Origin: Opitutales bacterium
GTDB lineage: Bacteria; Verrucomicrobiota; Verrucomicrobiia; Opitutales; PNEW01
NCBI GenBank assembly: GCA_965219535.1
Contig: CBDCNV010000002.1
Location: 1,320,001-1,352,000, forward strand
Direction of reading: 5' to 3'
DNA: 32,000 bases
Shown piece by piece: positions 16,298 through 24,244 of the stretch. Position numbers and translations under genes: made by a program. The notes beneath the pieces are model-generated. The model did not search any database, was not told where the DNA came from, and worked only from the letters and a program-made list of their open reading frames with translations. Position 1 is the stretch's first letter, and each line of letters opens with the position of its first letter.

Positions 16298-17074
16298 TCA
16301 GGTTTTCGCTTTAACCCGGAACTTGCTCAAACTTTCATATATTTCTGGGGATTCGGAACTTAAAAGCCAGCCATCGCTCATACAGAGTACAAAGAGAAAA
16401 CCGTCCGGTAAATATTCCTTGGCGCCATCGACACCGGTTGCAATGCCGGGCAGTTTGCCGCACTTTTCGGCGACCGATTTTACATGCAAGATGGCTTCCC
16501 GATGTTTTTTCTTGTCGCCCTTGTCCTTGAGGGTCCAATTACTCGTAAGGGCCAGATCACCGGGACCGATCATGCATCCATCGACGCCTTCGACACTGAG
16601 TATCGCTTCGGCCTGTTCCACGGCCTCTTTAGTTTCAATCTGCACCATGAGTAGAATCTCCTCATTGGCGACTGTGGCATAGTCATTGCCGTAAGTCAGA
16701 CGACCGGCGCTACCCCCTTTAGACCGCGCTCCCAGAGGAGGATAGCGGGTGGATCGCACCGCTTCCTCTGCTTCCTCGCGACTGTTCACCATTGGGACAA
16801 TGATACTCTGTGCACCGCGGTCGAGCATCCGACCAATGTCCCCGTAATCGTTAAAAGGCACGCGAACGGAGGGTGTGGCATCGCCCAGGAGAATGTGATG
16901 AAACGCCTGGAACGCTCCCTCGTCATCCCATATCCCATGCTGGCAGTCGACCTGCACAAAGTCGTAACCTGACAACGAAAATATTTCACCAATCACAGGG
17001 CATCCCAGTCCGAGTTCCGCCCCTATTACCTGCTCCCCGGCCAGCATCTTTCGTTTCATCGAATTTTTGAACAT
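16298..17074 (-). CDS. HpcH/HpaI family aldolase (2-keto-3-deoxy-sugar-acid aldolase, RhmA-like)
   Basis: MFKNSMKRKMLAGEQVIG...DFVQVDCQHG...VRVP...IIVPMV...RYPPLG pattern of the HpcH family. ATG at 17074 preferred because TTG at 17086 lies inside the octamer array. Confidence 0.85.
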   Translation of the reverse strand: MFKNSMKRKMLAGEQVIGAELGLGCPVIGEIFSLSGYDFVQVDCQHGIWDDEGAFQAFHHILLGDATPSVRVPFNDYGDIGRMLDRGAQSIIVPMVNSREEAEEAVRSTRYPPLGARSKGGSAGRLTYGNDYATVANEEILLMVQIETKEAVEQAEAILSVEGVDGCMIGPGDLALTSNWTLKDKGDKKKHREAILHVKSVAEKCGKLPGIATGVDGAKEYLPDGFLFVLCMSDGWLLSSESPEIYESLSKFRVKAKT

Positions 17075-17080
17075 GGTTCT

Positions 17081-17113
17081 AGTCAAAAGGTCAAAAGGTC
17101 AAAAAGTCAAAAG
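17081..17113 (+). repeat. octamer array (GTCAAAAG)x4
   Basis: agtcaaaaggtcaaaaggtcaaaaagtcaaaag. Ends 6 nt from the minus-strand ATG at 17074. Followed by GGGAAGAAG. Confidence 0.9.
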
Positions 17114-17130
17114 GGAAGAAGTGCTAAATC

Positions 17131-17198
17131 GCGTTTTATGTTTTATGTGTTAGATTTTAGGTTGATATTCTTAACACTTAACGCCTAAAACTTAACAC
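17131..17198. repeat. inverted pair of heptamer arrays (CYTAAMA family)
   Basis: Left arm gcgttttatgttttatgtgttagattttaggttg (reverse orientation). Right arm cttaacacttaacgcctaaaacttaacac. Lies in the divergent gap between the aldolase and PhyH starts. Confidence 0.75.
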
Positions 17199-17213
17199 TG
17201 ATCTTTTCCCTAT

Positions 17214-17978
17214 ATGTTATCTGAAAAACAAAAACACGAATTTGAAACGCTGGGGTTTCTCTGTCTGAAACAGTTAATTCCGCCGGATGAGATGCGGGTG
17301 TACATCGACGCCTTCGACGAAACGATGGTGAAGGCGAACGGCGGGCAAGCTTGGACCGGTGCGCCGAAACGTCAGCAGGTGGTGCCTTTTTATAAACATA
17401 ATCCGGCAGTCTATCACCACATGTTGGACAGCGAGCACATTCTCGATGTTGTAGAGGACTTACTGGGCGAAGATTATGTCTTCGCCGTGTCCGAGGGTAT
17501 TCAACATTATGAAGGCAGTAAATGGCATCATGACAGTATAAGCCCCGAGGGCCATATCCATATTAAAGTGGTGCTGTATTTGGATCCAGTCCGCGCCGAT
17601 ACCGGTTGCCTGAGCATATTACCGGGCAGCCAGTACACGCCCTATAGGGAGAGGATGGAAAAGTACGGCAATGAAATTCTTTCCTTGGATAGAAAAGTGC
17701 CCGGCACATATCCGATCGAGTCCGATCCGGGTGATGTCGTCGTTTTTGACGTTAAGCTTTATCACGGAGCCTATGGTAACAATTCCCGTCGTGCGGTATA
17801 CCTCAACTTTTTTCAAAAACCCGTTACCCAGGAGGAGCAGGACCATATCATCCACATCTATCGCAACGATAGCACAAAAAATGGATGGACTTATTACACA
17901 CCCGAGCTTTTTGAGAACGCCTCACCCAGCAGGATGCGAATGTTAGCCTTCCTTAAGGAACACTGTTATGATGGGTGA
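17214..17978 (+). CDS. phytanoyl-CoA dioxygenase (PhyH) family Fe(II)/2-oxoglutarate oxygenase
   Basis: N-terminal QKHEFETLGFLCLKQLIPPDEM, H-x-D (WHHD) and distal His (LYHGAYG). Confidence 0.85.
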   Translation: MLSEKQKHEFETLGFLCLKQLIPPDEMRVYIDAFDETMVKANGGQAWTGAPKRQQVVPFYKHNPAVYHHMLDSEHILDVVEDLLGEDYVFAVSEGIQHYEGSKWHHDSISPEGHIHIKVVLYLDPVRADTGCLSILPGSQYTPYRERMEKYGNEILSLDRKVPGTYPIESDPGDVVVFDVKLYHGAYGNNSRRAVYLNFFQKPVTQEEQDHIIHIYRNDSTKNGWTYYTPELFENASPSRMRMLAFLKEHCYDG

Positions 17979-17980
17979 TT

Positions 17981-18006
17981 AGTCAAAAAGTCAAAAGGTC
18001 AAAAAG
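17981..18006 (+). repeat. octamer array (GTCAAAAR)x3
   Basis: Starts 2 nt after TGA 17976-17978. Followed by GGGAAGAGCGC. Partner of the inverted array at 18053-18084. Confidence 0.9.
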
Positions 18007-18049
18007 GGAAGAGCGCTGGCACGCATGTTCGCTTACTAGAATTCAGCAT

Positions 18050-18937
18050 TTAGACTTTTGACCTTCGACCTTTGACTTTCGACTGGCCAGAAACTGGCCT
18101 AGGCAGCCCCTCGGGGAAACCATAAGGGGTGTCGTTTCGGTGTGCAGGTAGAGGCCAGCTCTGACCACCGAGGTTCTGAAATTTCTCATATTCACCGCAC
18201 AGCCATAAAAACATTTTCGCTACCTTGATGTCTGAACGGAACTGTTCGACAAAGGCCTCGATAGGGCTTGAGTAGTCGACGGTGGCAAAATCAAAGTCCT
18301 CTTCAACGGTCCAATCACGAAGTGGAGGTGTGGTGCGCCAATAAAAGTACTTCAGCATATTGCGCATACCTTCAGCCGTGGCAGGTCCTCTGCGATGCCA
18401 GATCTGGTAGGCGGTAATGAAAATAGATCCTGCTGGCGCAGTCGCGGACACGGTCCCTGCAATACCACCCAGGTGGGCCATGAATTTTGCCATATTGCGT
18501 ACCAGGTGAGAACCGGGCAGAATCTGTGTTGGCCCCATCTCTAACGGTGTGTCCTGCGGGTAGTAAAATACCTGGAGATAGTTTAGTTCGTGTCCGAAGT
18601 CGAAATTGCCGTCCACATGCCAGTTCTGTTGTGAATAGGGAGCCATCATACGGTGGTTGCTCATCAGTATAGGCAGATGAAAGTCTCGACCCAGGAGTGA
18701 GCGCACAGCACCGGCTACCTTTTGGTTAAGGATGACATTATCTATGAACCAATCCTCTTTCAGGATGTCAGTGGGTTCGTAATAATCGTCTTGACCACAA
18801 TACTGCGTGGTCATGCGGTTTATTTCGTCAGGGACCACTCCCTTGAATAGGATGTACCCCCGCTTGCAGAATTCCAAAACCTGGCCGTCTGTCAGCGTCG
18901 GCGCGCAGTTGGCACATTTTTCTTTTTTTTCGGTCAT
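18050..18937 (-). CDS. phytanoyl-CoA dioxygenase (PhyH) family oxygenase
   Basis: LTDGQVLEFCKRGYILFKGVVPDE, H-x-D (NWHVDGN) and distal His (IWHRRG). The C-terminal SGQSKVKGRRSKV is encoded by the inverted octamer array at 18053-18084. Confidence 0.85.
   Translation of the reverse strand: MTEKKEKCANCAPTLTDGQVLEFCKRGYILFKGVVPDEINRMTTQYCGQDDYYEPTDILKEDWFIDNVILNQKVAGAVRSLLGRDFHLPILMSNHRMMAPYSQQNWHVDGNFDFGHELNYLQVFYYPQDTPLEMGPTQILPGSHLVRNMAKFMAHLGGIAGTVSATAPAGSIFITAYQIWHRRGPATAEGMRNMLKYFYWRTTPPLRDWTVEEDFDFATVDYSSPIEAFVEQFRSDIKVAKMFLWLCGEYEKFQNLGGQSWPLPAHRNDTPYGFPEGLPRPVSGQSKVKGRRSKV
18053..18084 (-). repeat. octamer array, inverted orientation
   Basis: gacttttgaccttcgacctttgactttcgact. Encodes the C-terminal tail of the 18050-18937 CDS. 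Confidence 0.85.
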
Positions 18938-19311
18938 CGATTGTTAAAGCGTTCGAGGATGAATTCAAAGCCGAGGCCCTGCGGATCAGATTCTGATACA
19001 GCCAGCAGGGCCATGTTGGGAAAACTGATGATCCGCCAGCCATCACGAACCGCTTCCAGCACCGTCTTGTAGGGCCAGTTTTTCGGGTCCGGTGGGCCTT
19101 CAAATAACTGACCGTCCTCGATCATCGTCATGCCGATGACATCTCCCTGTAGTGATGTATTGTTGCTCTGCAGGTAGAGAATGTCTTGCCGCATCTTGTC
19201 GGCGTGCGGCAATAGTGTATCGATACCCCGGCGCAATTCATCGACCGTCAGCGTACCCGCTTCAAGTTTAGTTGCGAGCGCCTCAGTAATTTCACTTTGC
19301 TTTTCGGTCAT
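18934..19311 (-). CDS. hypothetical small protein, translationally coupled to the downstream PhyH gene
   Basis: 125-aa ORF from ATG 19311 (AGGA about 10-13 nt upstream). Its stop overlaps the PhyH start in ATGA at 18934-18937. No motif recognised. Confidence 0.6.
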   Translation of the reverse strand: MTEKQSEITEALATKLEAGTLTVDELRRGIDTLLPHADKMRQDILYLQSNNTSLQGDVIGMTMIEDGQLFEGPPDPKNWPYKTVLEAVRDGWRIISFPNMALLAVSESDPQGLGFEFILERFNNR

Positions 19312-19437
19312 TACCTTGTTTCCTAAAATTGTTCTTGTGCCTTTGGTAGATCTCACTTCGCTTAGGTAGTGTATCTTGTGGCTATCTATTCAATCGGCAA
19401 TCGAAAATTTTCAATATGTATACGCGGGAATTTCTAA

Positions 19438-20565
19438 ATGAAAATCACCGACATAAAAGTTAATGAAATAAAAGCCCCGGAGGGTCGAGACGGAAAACAA
19501 TTTCCTGACTACGCTGCGAAAGTGCTTGTCCAGGTATTCACTGACGAGGGTTTGGTGGGGATTGCCGAGGGGGTGCGAAACGTGAGCGTCTTTCGCGCCT
19601 ATGTGGATGACCTGATCAAGCCTTTAATTGTGGGAATGGATCCTCGTCAGCCTAAACAGATCTGGGAGATTCTCGCCCTGGGAATCGGACAGCGAGCGAC
19701 GCGGTTTCCCTCACAAATAGTTGGGGCTATCGATGTGGCCTGTTGGGACATCACGGGCAAAGCCGCAGGTATGCCACTCTACAAGCTCTTTGGAGGTGCG
19801 CATAGGCTGACGATCCCGCTTTACTGGAGCAGGGGCAACGGATGGAAAAAAGAGCCCTCGGAAATGCTCGAGGAAGTTCAGGAGGGGTACGAGCGCGGCT
19901 TTCGTGCATTTAAGGTTCGCATGGACTGGAAGGACCGCCGGCAGGATATCAATCCGGCAAAGGACCTGGCAATTTTTCAAAAATGTCGGGAGTGGCTGCC
20001 CGATGATGTCTACCTGGCATTCGATGCCAATAATGGTTATTCGGTTCCGACAGCGATCGAGCAGGGTCGTAGATTTGAAGAACTCGGGATTTCGCATTTC
20101 GAGGAGCCGTTGCCGCAGTACGACTGGAAGGGGTTGAGGCAAGTCGTTGACGCCCTCGACTGCGCGGTCTCATCCGGAGAACTGGAAATCTCCGCGTGGC
20201 GAATCCGAGATCTGATGGAAATTGCCAACCCTGATATCCTGCAACCCGATGTATTGAATGTCGGTGGGTTGTCCGAGATGAGAAGAGTCTATGAGATGGC
20301 GGAAACCTACAATAAGGTCATCATGCCTCACAGTCCTAACGTAGGCGCCAATTTCCTTGCCAGCTTACATGCATACTGCACGGTAACCCACGCTGTCCGG
20401 CCGCACGAATTCTCCGAAGAATTCACCGGCCCGGCGGATCATGTTGCCGAGCTGTTTATCGACCCCATCATTCCCGAGAATGGAGAGGTCACCCTTTCAG
20501 ACCGTCCCGGCCTCGGCATGGAGATAGACGAAAAAGCCCTCGCAAAAGCTATTGTTGATCAGTGA
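19438..20565 (+). CDS. mandelate racemase/muconate lactonizing enzyme family protein (enolase superfamily, putative acid-sugar dehydratase)
   Basis: AIDVACWDITGKAAGMPLYKLFGG, metal-ligand blocks AFDANNGY and FEEP, SSGELE. Confidence 0.85.
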   Translation: MKITDIKVNEIKAPEGRDGKQFPDYAAKVLVQVFTDEGLVGIAEGVRNVSVFRAYVDDLIKPLIVGMDPRQPKQIWEILALGIGQRATRFPSQIVGAIDVACWDITGKAAGMPLYKLFGGAHRLTIPLYWSRGNGWKKEPSEMLEEVQEGYERGFRAFKVRMDWKDRRQDINPAKDLAIFQKCREWLPDDVYLAFDANNGYSVPTAIEQGRRFEELGISHFEEPLPQYDWKGLRQVVDALDCAVSSGELEISAWRIRDLMEIANPDILQPDVLNVGGLSEMRRVYEMAETYNKVIMPHSPNVGANFLASLHAYCTVTHAVRPHEFSEEFTGPADHVAELFIDPIIPENGEVTLSDRPGLGMEIDEKALAKAIVDQ

Positions 20566-20578
20566 TCAGCAATAGCCG

Positions 20579-20657
20579 TGTTAGGTGTTAAGTAATTCAA
20601 CCTAAAACTTAACACCTAAAACCTAAAACGCGCAGGTGCGCCTTCGCGCATCAGCGC
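20579..20657. terminator. hairpin built from CYTAAMA heptamers plus GC-rich mini-hairpins; candidate bidirectional terminator
   Basis: gtgttaggtgttaagt pairs with acttaacacctaaaac. Followed by cctaaaacctaaaac and gcgcaggtgcgccttcgcgcatcagcgc. Sits between convergent stops at 20565 and 20657. Confidence 0.45.
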
Positions 20658-22396
20658 TACTGCCAGGGAAATTGCAGGGTCGGTTGGTTCGCGTAGCGAT
20701 TGATTTTAATCGTCATCGTCGCGCCCGATCCTGGTGCCAGTCGCACTTCAAATGAAGGGCTTCCAACTTCAATCTCCTTACCTTCTACATTCACTGACAG
20801 ACATTCATGCTCACCGTAAGCCCCATTCTGTACGATAACACTCCGTTCTTCTAATTGATTAACATTGACCAGAGTCACCCGTGTCGTCTCCTCGGTAATC
20901 GTATCGATGAGTGCGCCTACTTCATCGGGGAGACCGGGTCTGCGTAATTCAGGATCAAAATAGCGCAGACGACAATGTGTCGCCTGGGCGCGGTAAGGTG
21001 GGGGGCCTCCAGCCATCAACTGAAATAAATTCCCAACCAGGGCGGGATTAGAGTGATTGGGATTATCGGAAAGACGCGTATCTGGAGTGGTCGGGTCGTT
21101 TTTGATCAGTTCTAACCTTTCATGCAGAGTGACAAAATCTTTTTGCAGGGCATCGATGGGGAAATTTGGATTGTCACCATCGAGAAAAGCCAGCCATTCA
21201 TTATCGCTCACGCGTTCTTTGTCTTTCTCCTTCATTGACCAGTAATACACATTGAGTGCACCCTCGGAATAAGGTGTGGGTGAAAATTCATACCAGCCTT
21301 CATCGCCGTACATGTGCGGATATACGGTCTCACCCTCGACCGTCTTTTTATTGGCATTTACTGCATCGATCATAGCGCTCCACGTGTCTACATATTTCAT
21401 GTTCCCGGTGAGGATAAGTGCGTTTCCGAATCCGGCTATCCCCAGTCGAGTCGTATTCCGATGAGCGAGTTCACCGTTTTGAGGGATGACCGTGGTAAAA
21501 CCCCAACCGTAACAACCGCCATACCATTTTCCATCACATGCGCCACCAATGGTACCATCGAGTCCTATATTTGAGGGCAGGATGTCATTGTTTGCCGCCG
21601 CTCTTTCGATCCAGGCATCCACATATTCTAATACCCAATCGCGGTACTTTTCTTCTCCCAAAACACAGTAGGCGTCGAAAGCGAGTCCCGTGGCGACGAG
21701 GTTAGAGGGATGATCACCGATCACGTCCGTATAATCCTGGAAATGCGCGAGCATCTCCTGGTAATTGCGTTCACCATGTATAAGAATGAAACGGCCTTCT
21801 TCAATAGGATCACCGGTCCAGTCGAGGGCCGTTGCTTTTCGAAGCATCGGGCCTCGGCTTCCATTGAACAGGCTGCGAATTATCTTATGCTCCGGGTCAT
21901 AATTTGGGGCCTCTTCGTCTTCGTTCATGTAGAGACCCGACCAGAGCTTGAGCCTTCGCTGATAGTCGGCATCAGCCGGATCACAAAGACCGATAGCGCC
22001 AAAAACGGACATGCTTTCACCGTTGTGCAGCCAGTCTCCCATGACCGGGAACTCTTTATAGTACATCCCGTCCCGGGCAAAAGGCACCTCGACCGTTTTC
22101 GCCTCGGTGTATTGCTGGATGTGACATTCCTGAGCGTGGTGGCACATCTCGAGCAGGATTTCAGAACCGCCCAGCGCATAGAGTATCGGCCAATCCGTGA
22201 GATTTTCTATCGCGTCATCCGGACCATCATCTCCACCCCAGCGAGGGACACAACGCATGTATCCTCGGTCGTCGAAATACTTGTCATAAAATATTTCACA
22301 CGCCTGGGTCTGGGCATGGATGAGTTCAAGTTCCATTAACGCCCATGATGGTGGGACCATCGGGGTTTCGATTTCAATCACTACGGGTTGATTCAT
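20657..22396 (-). CDS. hypothetical protein, possibly (alpha/alpha)-barrel glycosidase/lyase-like with C-terminal beta-sandwich
   Basis: 579-aa ORF with coding-like composition and no signal peptide. Function is guessed only from Trp/Gly/Tyr-rich helical-repeat-like core blocks (KWYGGCYGWGF) and a beta-rich tail. Confidence 0.55.
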   Translation of the reverse strand: MNQPVVIEIETPMVPPSWALMELELIHAQTQACEIFYDKYFDDRGYMRCVPRWGGDDGPDDAIENLTDWPILYALGGSEILLEMCHHAQECHIQQYTEAKTVEVPFARDGMYYKEFPVMGDWLHNGESMSVFGAIGLCDPADADYQRRLKLWSGLYMNEDEEAPNYDPEHKIIRSLFNGSRGPMLRKATALDWTGDPIEEGRFILIHGERNYQEMLAHFQDYTDVIGDHPSNLVATGLAFDAYCVLGEEKYRDWVLEYVDAWIERAAANNDILPSNIGLDGTIGGACDGKWYGGCYGWGFTTVIPQNGELAHRNTTRLGIAGFGNALILTGNMKYVDTWSAMIDAVNANKKTVEGETVYPHMYGDEGWYEFSPTPYSEGALNVYYWSMKEKDKERVSDNEWLAFLDGDNPNFPIDALQKDFVTLHERLELIKNDPTTPDTRLSDNPNHSNPALVGNLFQLMAGGPPPYRAQATHCRLRYFDPELRRPGLPDEVGALIDTITEETTRVTLVNVNQLEERSVIVQNGAYGEHECLSVNVEGKEIEVGSPSFEVRLAPGSGATMTIKINRYANQPTLQFPWQ

Positions 22397-22403
22397 GAGG
22401 GAA

Positions 22404-22434
22404 GGGTTCAGGGTTCAGGGTTCAGGGTTCAGGG
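22404..22434 (+). repeat. heptamer array (GGGTTCA)x4
   Basis: gggttcagggttcagggttcagggttcaggg. Begins 7 nt from the minus-strand ATG at 22396. One extra unit at 22463-22472. Confidence 0.9.
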
Positions 22435-22436
22435 TG

Positions 22437-22463
22437 GAAGATGTCGGGCTACGCCCTCGGTAC
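22437..22463 (+). repeat. GAAGATGTCGG...CTCGGTAC motif copy
   Basis: gaagatgtcgggctacgccctcggtac, immediately after the (GGGTTCA)4 array. Confidence 0.7.
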
Positions 22464-22535
22464 AGGGTTCAGTAAACCGTGAAGCAATATTTAAATGTTA
22501 AATGATCTAATCAGATTCTATACTCTTTCTATCAA

Positions 22536-22558
22536 CTTAAAACTTACACTTAACACTG
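22536..22558 (+). repeat. heptamer array (CYTAAMA family)
   Basis: cttaaaacttacacttaacactg. Confidence 0.7.
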
Positions 22559-22587
22559 AATATTTGAAAAAGTTATCATTAATTGAA

Positions 22588-22926
22588 TTAAAAATTCAAC
22601 AAACCGGGTTTCTGTTTTTCCCAGCCATCATCGGAGGGGAAGACGGTCTGCATATCATGTTTTGAGGGTTCGCCATCGAAAAACGGGGCGACGGCTTCTT
22701 TCCATACAAGAAAATGCGGTGTTTCGAGATGTGCCTGGAAGGCGTCTCTATCGCGGTAGACTTCATGGAGATAAAATCGCGAGGGGATTTCCGAGTCCTG
22801 ATGGATGTCGAAACGAAAGCAACCGGGTTCGTCGCGCACAGATCCCTGCGAGTCTCCAAGGCTGGCCACTTTGAACGCTTCTACATTTACCGGTTTAATG
22901 TTAATGGTGACGAATATTGAATACAT
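22588..22926 (-). CDS. antibiotic-biosynthesis-monooxygenase (ABM) domain protein (YgiN-like)
   Basis: About 110 aa, with FRFDIHQD...FYLHEVYRDRDAFQAHLETPHF typical of the ABM fold. Confidence 0.8.
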   Translation of the reverse strand: MYSIFVTINIKPVNVEAFKVASLGDSQGSVRDEPGCFRFDIHQDSEIPSRFYLHEVYRDRDAFQAHLETPHFLVWKEAVAPFFDGEPSKHDMQTVFPSDDGWEKQKPGLLNF

Positions 22927-23013
22927 ATCTTCCTTTGCTTTTATTATGTGAATTGTTCATTAGGTTTTTCGACTCCTTTTCAACTCGGGCAATCAATTGT
23001 AGATTAATTCTCT

Positions 23014-23122
23014 TTGTCATCGCGAGGGCGCTTGTCGACCGTGGCGATCCAGGGAAATGTCGGACGCGTGATATTAATCCCTTGGTTTGCCGCAGTCGGC
23101 TACGCCTCTTTCGCAATGACAA
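23014..23122 (-). repeat. MITE-like palindromic element, copy 4 (inverted orientation)
   Basis: Its reverse complement begins TTGTCATTGCGAAAGAGGCGTAGCCGACTGCGGCAAACCAAGGG, matching the start of copy 1. Lies in the divergent ABM/DLH promoter region. Confidence 0.85.
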
Positions 23123-23181
23123 GAGAGGATTACTATGCGGAATGTACAATGCAAGTTAATCTAACTGCGCTTCTGTATATT

Positions 23182-23213
23182 CCTTTTGACCTTTGTTCTT
23201 TCGGCTTCTTGAC
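23182..23213 (-). repeat. degenerate octamer array, inverted orientation
   Basis: ccttttgacctttgttctttcggcttcttgac. Ends 7 nt before ATG 23221. Confidence 0.55.
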
Positions 23214-23220
23214 TATCAAC

Positions 23221-24099
23221 ATGAAGAAAAAGAATCCCTATGATCAAGAACTTCTGGATTTATATGATGGCTATGCACACGGCTTGATCAGCCGACGCGA
23301 ATTTCTCGATCGCGCTGTTGTATTCACGACCGGTGGACTGACCGCGGCTGGGTTGTTGAGCAGTCTCAGTCCGAATTATGTTTTGGCTCAACAGGTATTG
23401 CCAAATGATAAGAAAATCGCCGCCGAGTACAAAGAATATTCATCCCCTCATGGGGGCGGAGCGATGCGCGGTTACCTTGTGCGTCCCACTGAAGCGGATG
23501 GTAAAATGCCCGGCATTCTCGTCGTTCACGAGAACAGGGGATTGAACCCCTACATAGAAGACGTGGCCCGGCGGGCGGCTGTAGCGGGATTTATCGCCTT
23601 TGCACCGGATGCGCTCACTCCCTTAGGTGGCTATCCGGGTACTGACGATGAGGGTCGTGAATTACAGCGACAGCGTGACTCGGCGGAAATGGTTGAGGAC
23701 TTCATTGCCGGAGTAGATTTTTTGAAATCTCATGAACAGTGTACCGGTAGGGTCGGTGTCGTGGGTTTCTGCTTTGGTGGGGGAATGGCAAATAAATTGG
23801 CCGTGCGTATTCCCGATCTGGGAGCGGCGGTTGCTTTCTATGGCCGTCAACCCGCAGGTGAGGATGTACCTAAAATTCAAGCGCCGGTAATGATCCATAA
23901 CGCTGAACTGGATAAACGCATCAATGCCGGTTGGCCGGCCTATGAAGCTGCCCTTAAGGCAGGTGAGAAAAAGTATATCGCGCACATGTATGAAGGCGTT
24001 AATCATGGATTTCACAATGATACAACGCCCCGTTATGATAAGCCCATGGCCGATCTTGCCTGGAAGCGAACGATCGAATTTTTCAGAGAAATGTTGTGA
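23221..24099 (+). CDS. dienelactone hydrolase family protein with Tat-type signal
   Basis: [12 protein letters not shown] twin-arginine signal, [21 protein letters not shown], and nucleophile motif GFCFGGG. ATG at 23221 preferred because the listed 23014 start runs through the palindromic repeat. Confidence 0.85.
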   Translation: MKKKNPYDQELLDLYDGYAHGLISRREFLDRAVVFTTGGLTAAGLLSSLSPNYVLAQQVLPNDKKIAAEYKEYSSPHGGGAMRGYLVRPTEADGKMPGILVVHENRGLNPYIEDVARRAAVAGFIAFAPDALTPLGGYPGTDDEGRELQRQRDSAEMVEDFIAGVDFLKSHEQCTGRVGVVGFCFGGGMANKLAVRIPDLGAAVAFYGRQPAGEDVPKIQAPVMIHNAELDKRINAGWPAYEAALKAGEKKYIAHMYEGVNHGFHNDTTPRYDKPMADLAWKRTIEFFREML

Positions 24100-24110
24100 T
24101 TAAGCACTTT

Positions 24111-24130
24111 CGCGCGTTTTAAGTTTAAGG
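24111..24130 (-). repeat. heptamer array (CYTAAMA family, inverted) with GCGC end
   Basis: The reverse complement reads ccttaaacttaaaacgcgcg. Lies 12 nt after the DLH stop. Confidence 0.6.
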
Positions 24131-24139
24131 TGGAGCGAG

Positions 24140-24180
24140 CTGCCAGCCAGCCATAGCCTTGGCGAAGGTTGGTCCCTAGC
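24140..24180 (+). repeat. GCCATAGCC...GGCGAAGG motif copy
   Basis: ctgccagccagccatagccttggcgaaggttggtccctagc. Confidence 0.55.
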
Positions 24181-24244
24181 GCGCTTCTTAAGTAATGAGA
24201 AAGAGCTGATAGGGATTTGCTTATTAAAAGAAAGGTAGATAAAA

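Noticed and set aside
20601-20629. Telomere-like appearance of CCTAAAA/CCTAAAAC and GGGTTCA (22404-22434) repeats.
   Set aside because: They are only 3-5 units long, internal to a gene-dense prokaryote-like region, and one of many different unit families. They do not match canonical CCCTAAA exactly.
23014-23220. Long N-terminal extensions suggested by the ORF track for the dienelactone hydrolase (start 23014) and dgoD (start 29832).
   Set aside because: The extensions are encoded by MITE copies 4 and 5. The conserved protein N-termini begin at 23221 (MKKKN, Tat signal) and 29733 (MKIAKVEQF, DgoD-like).
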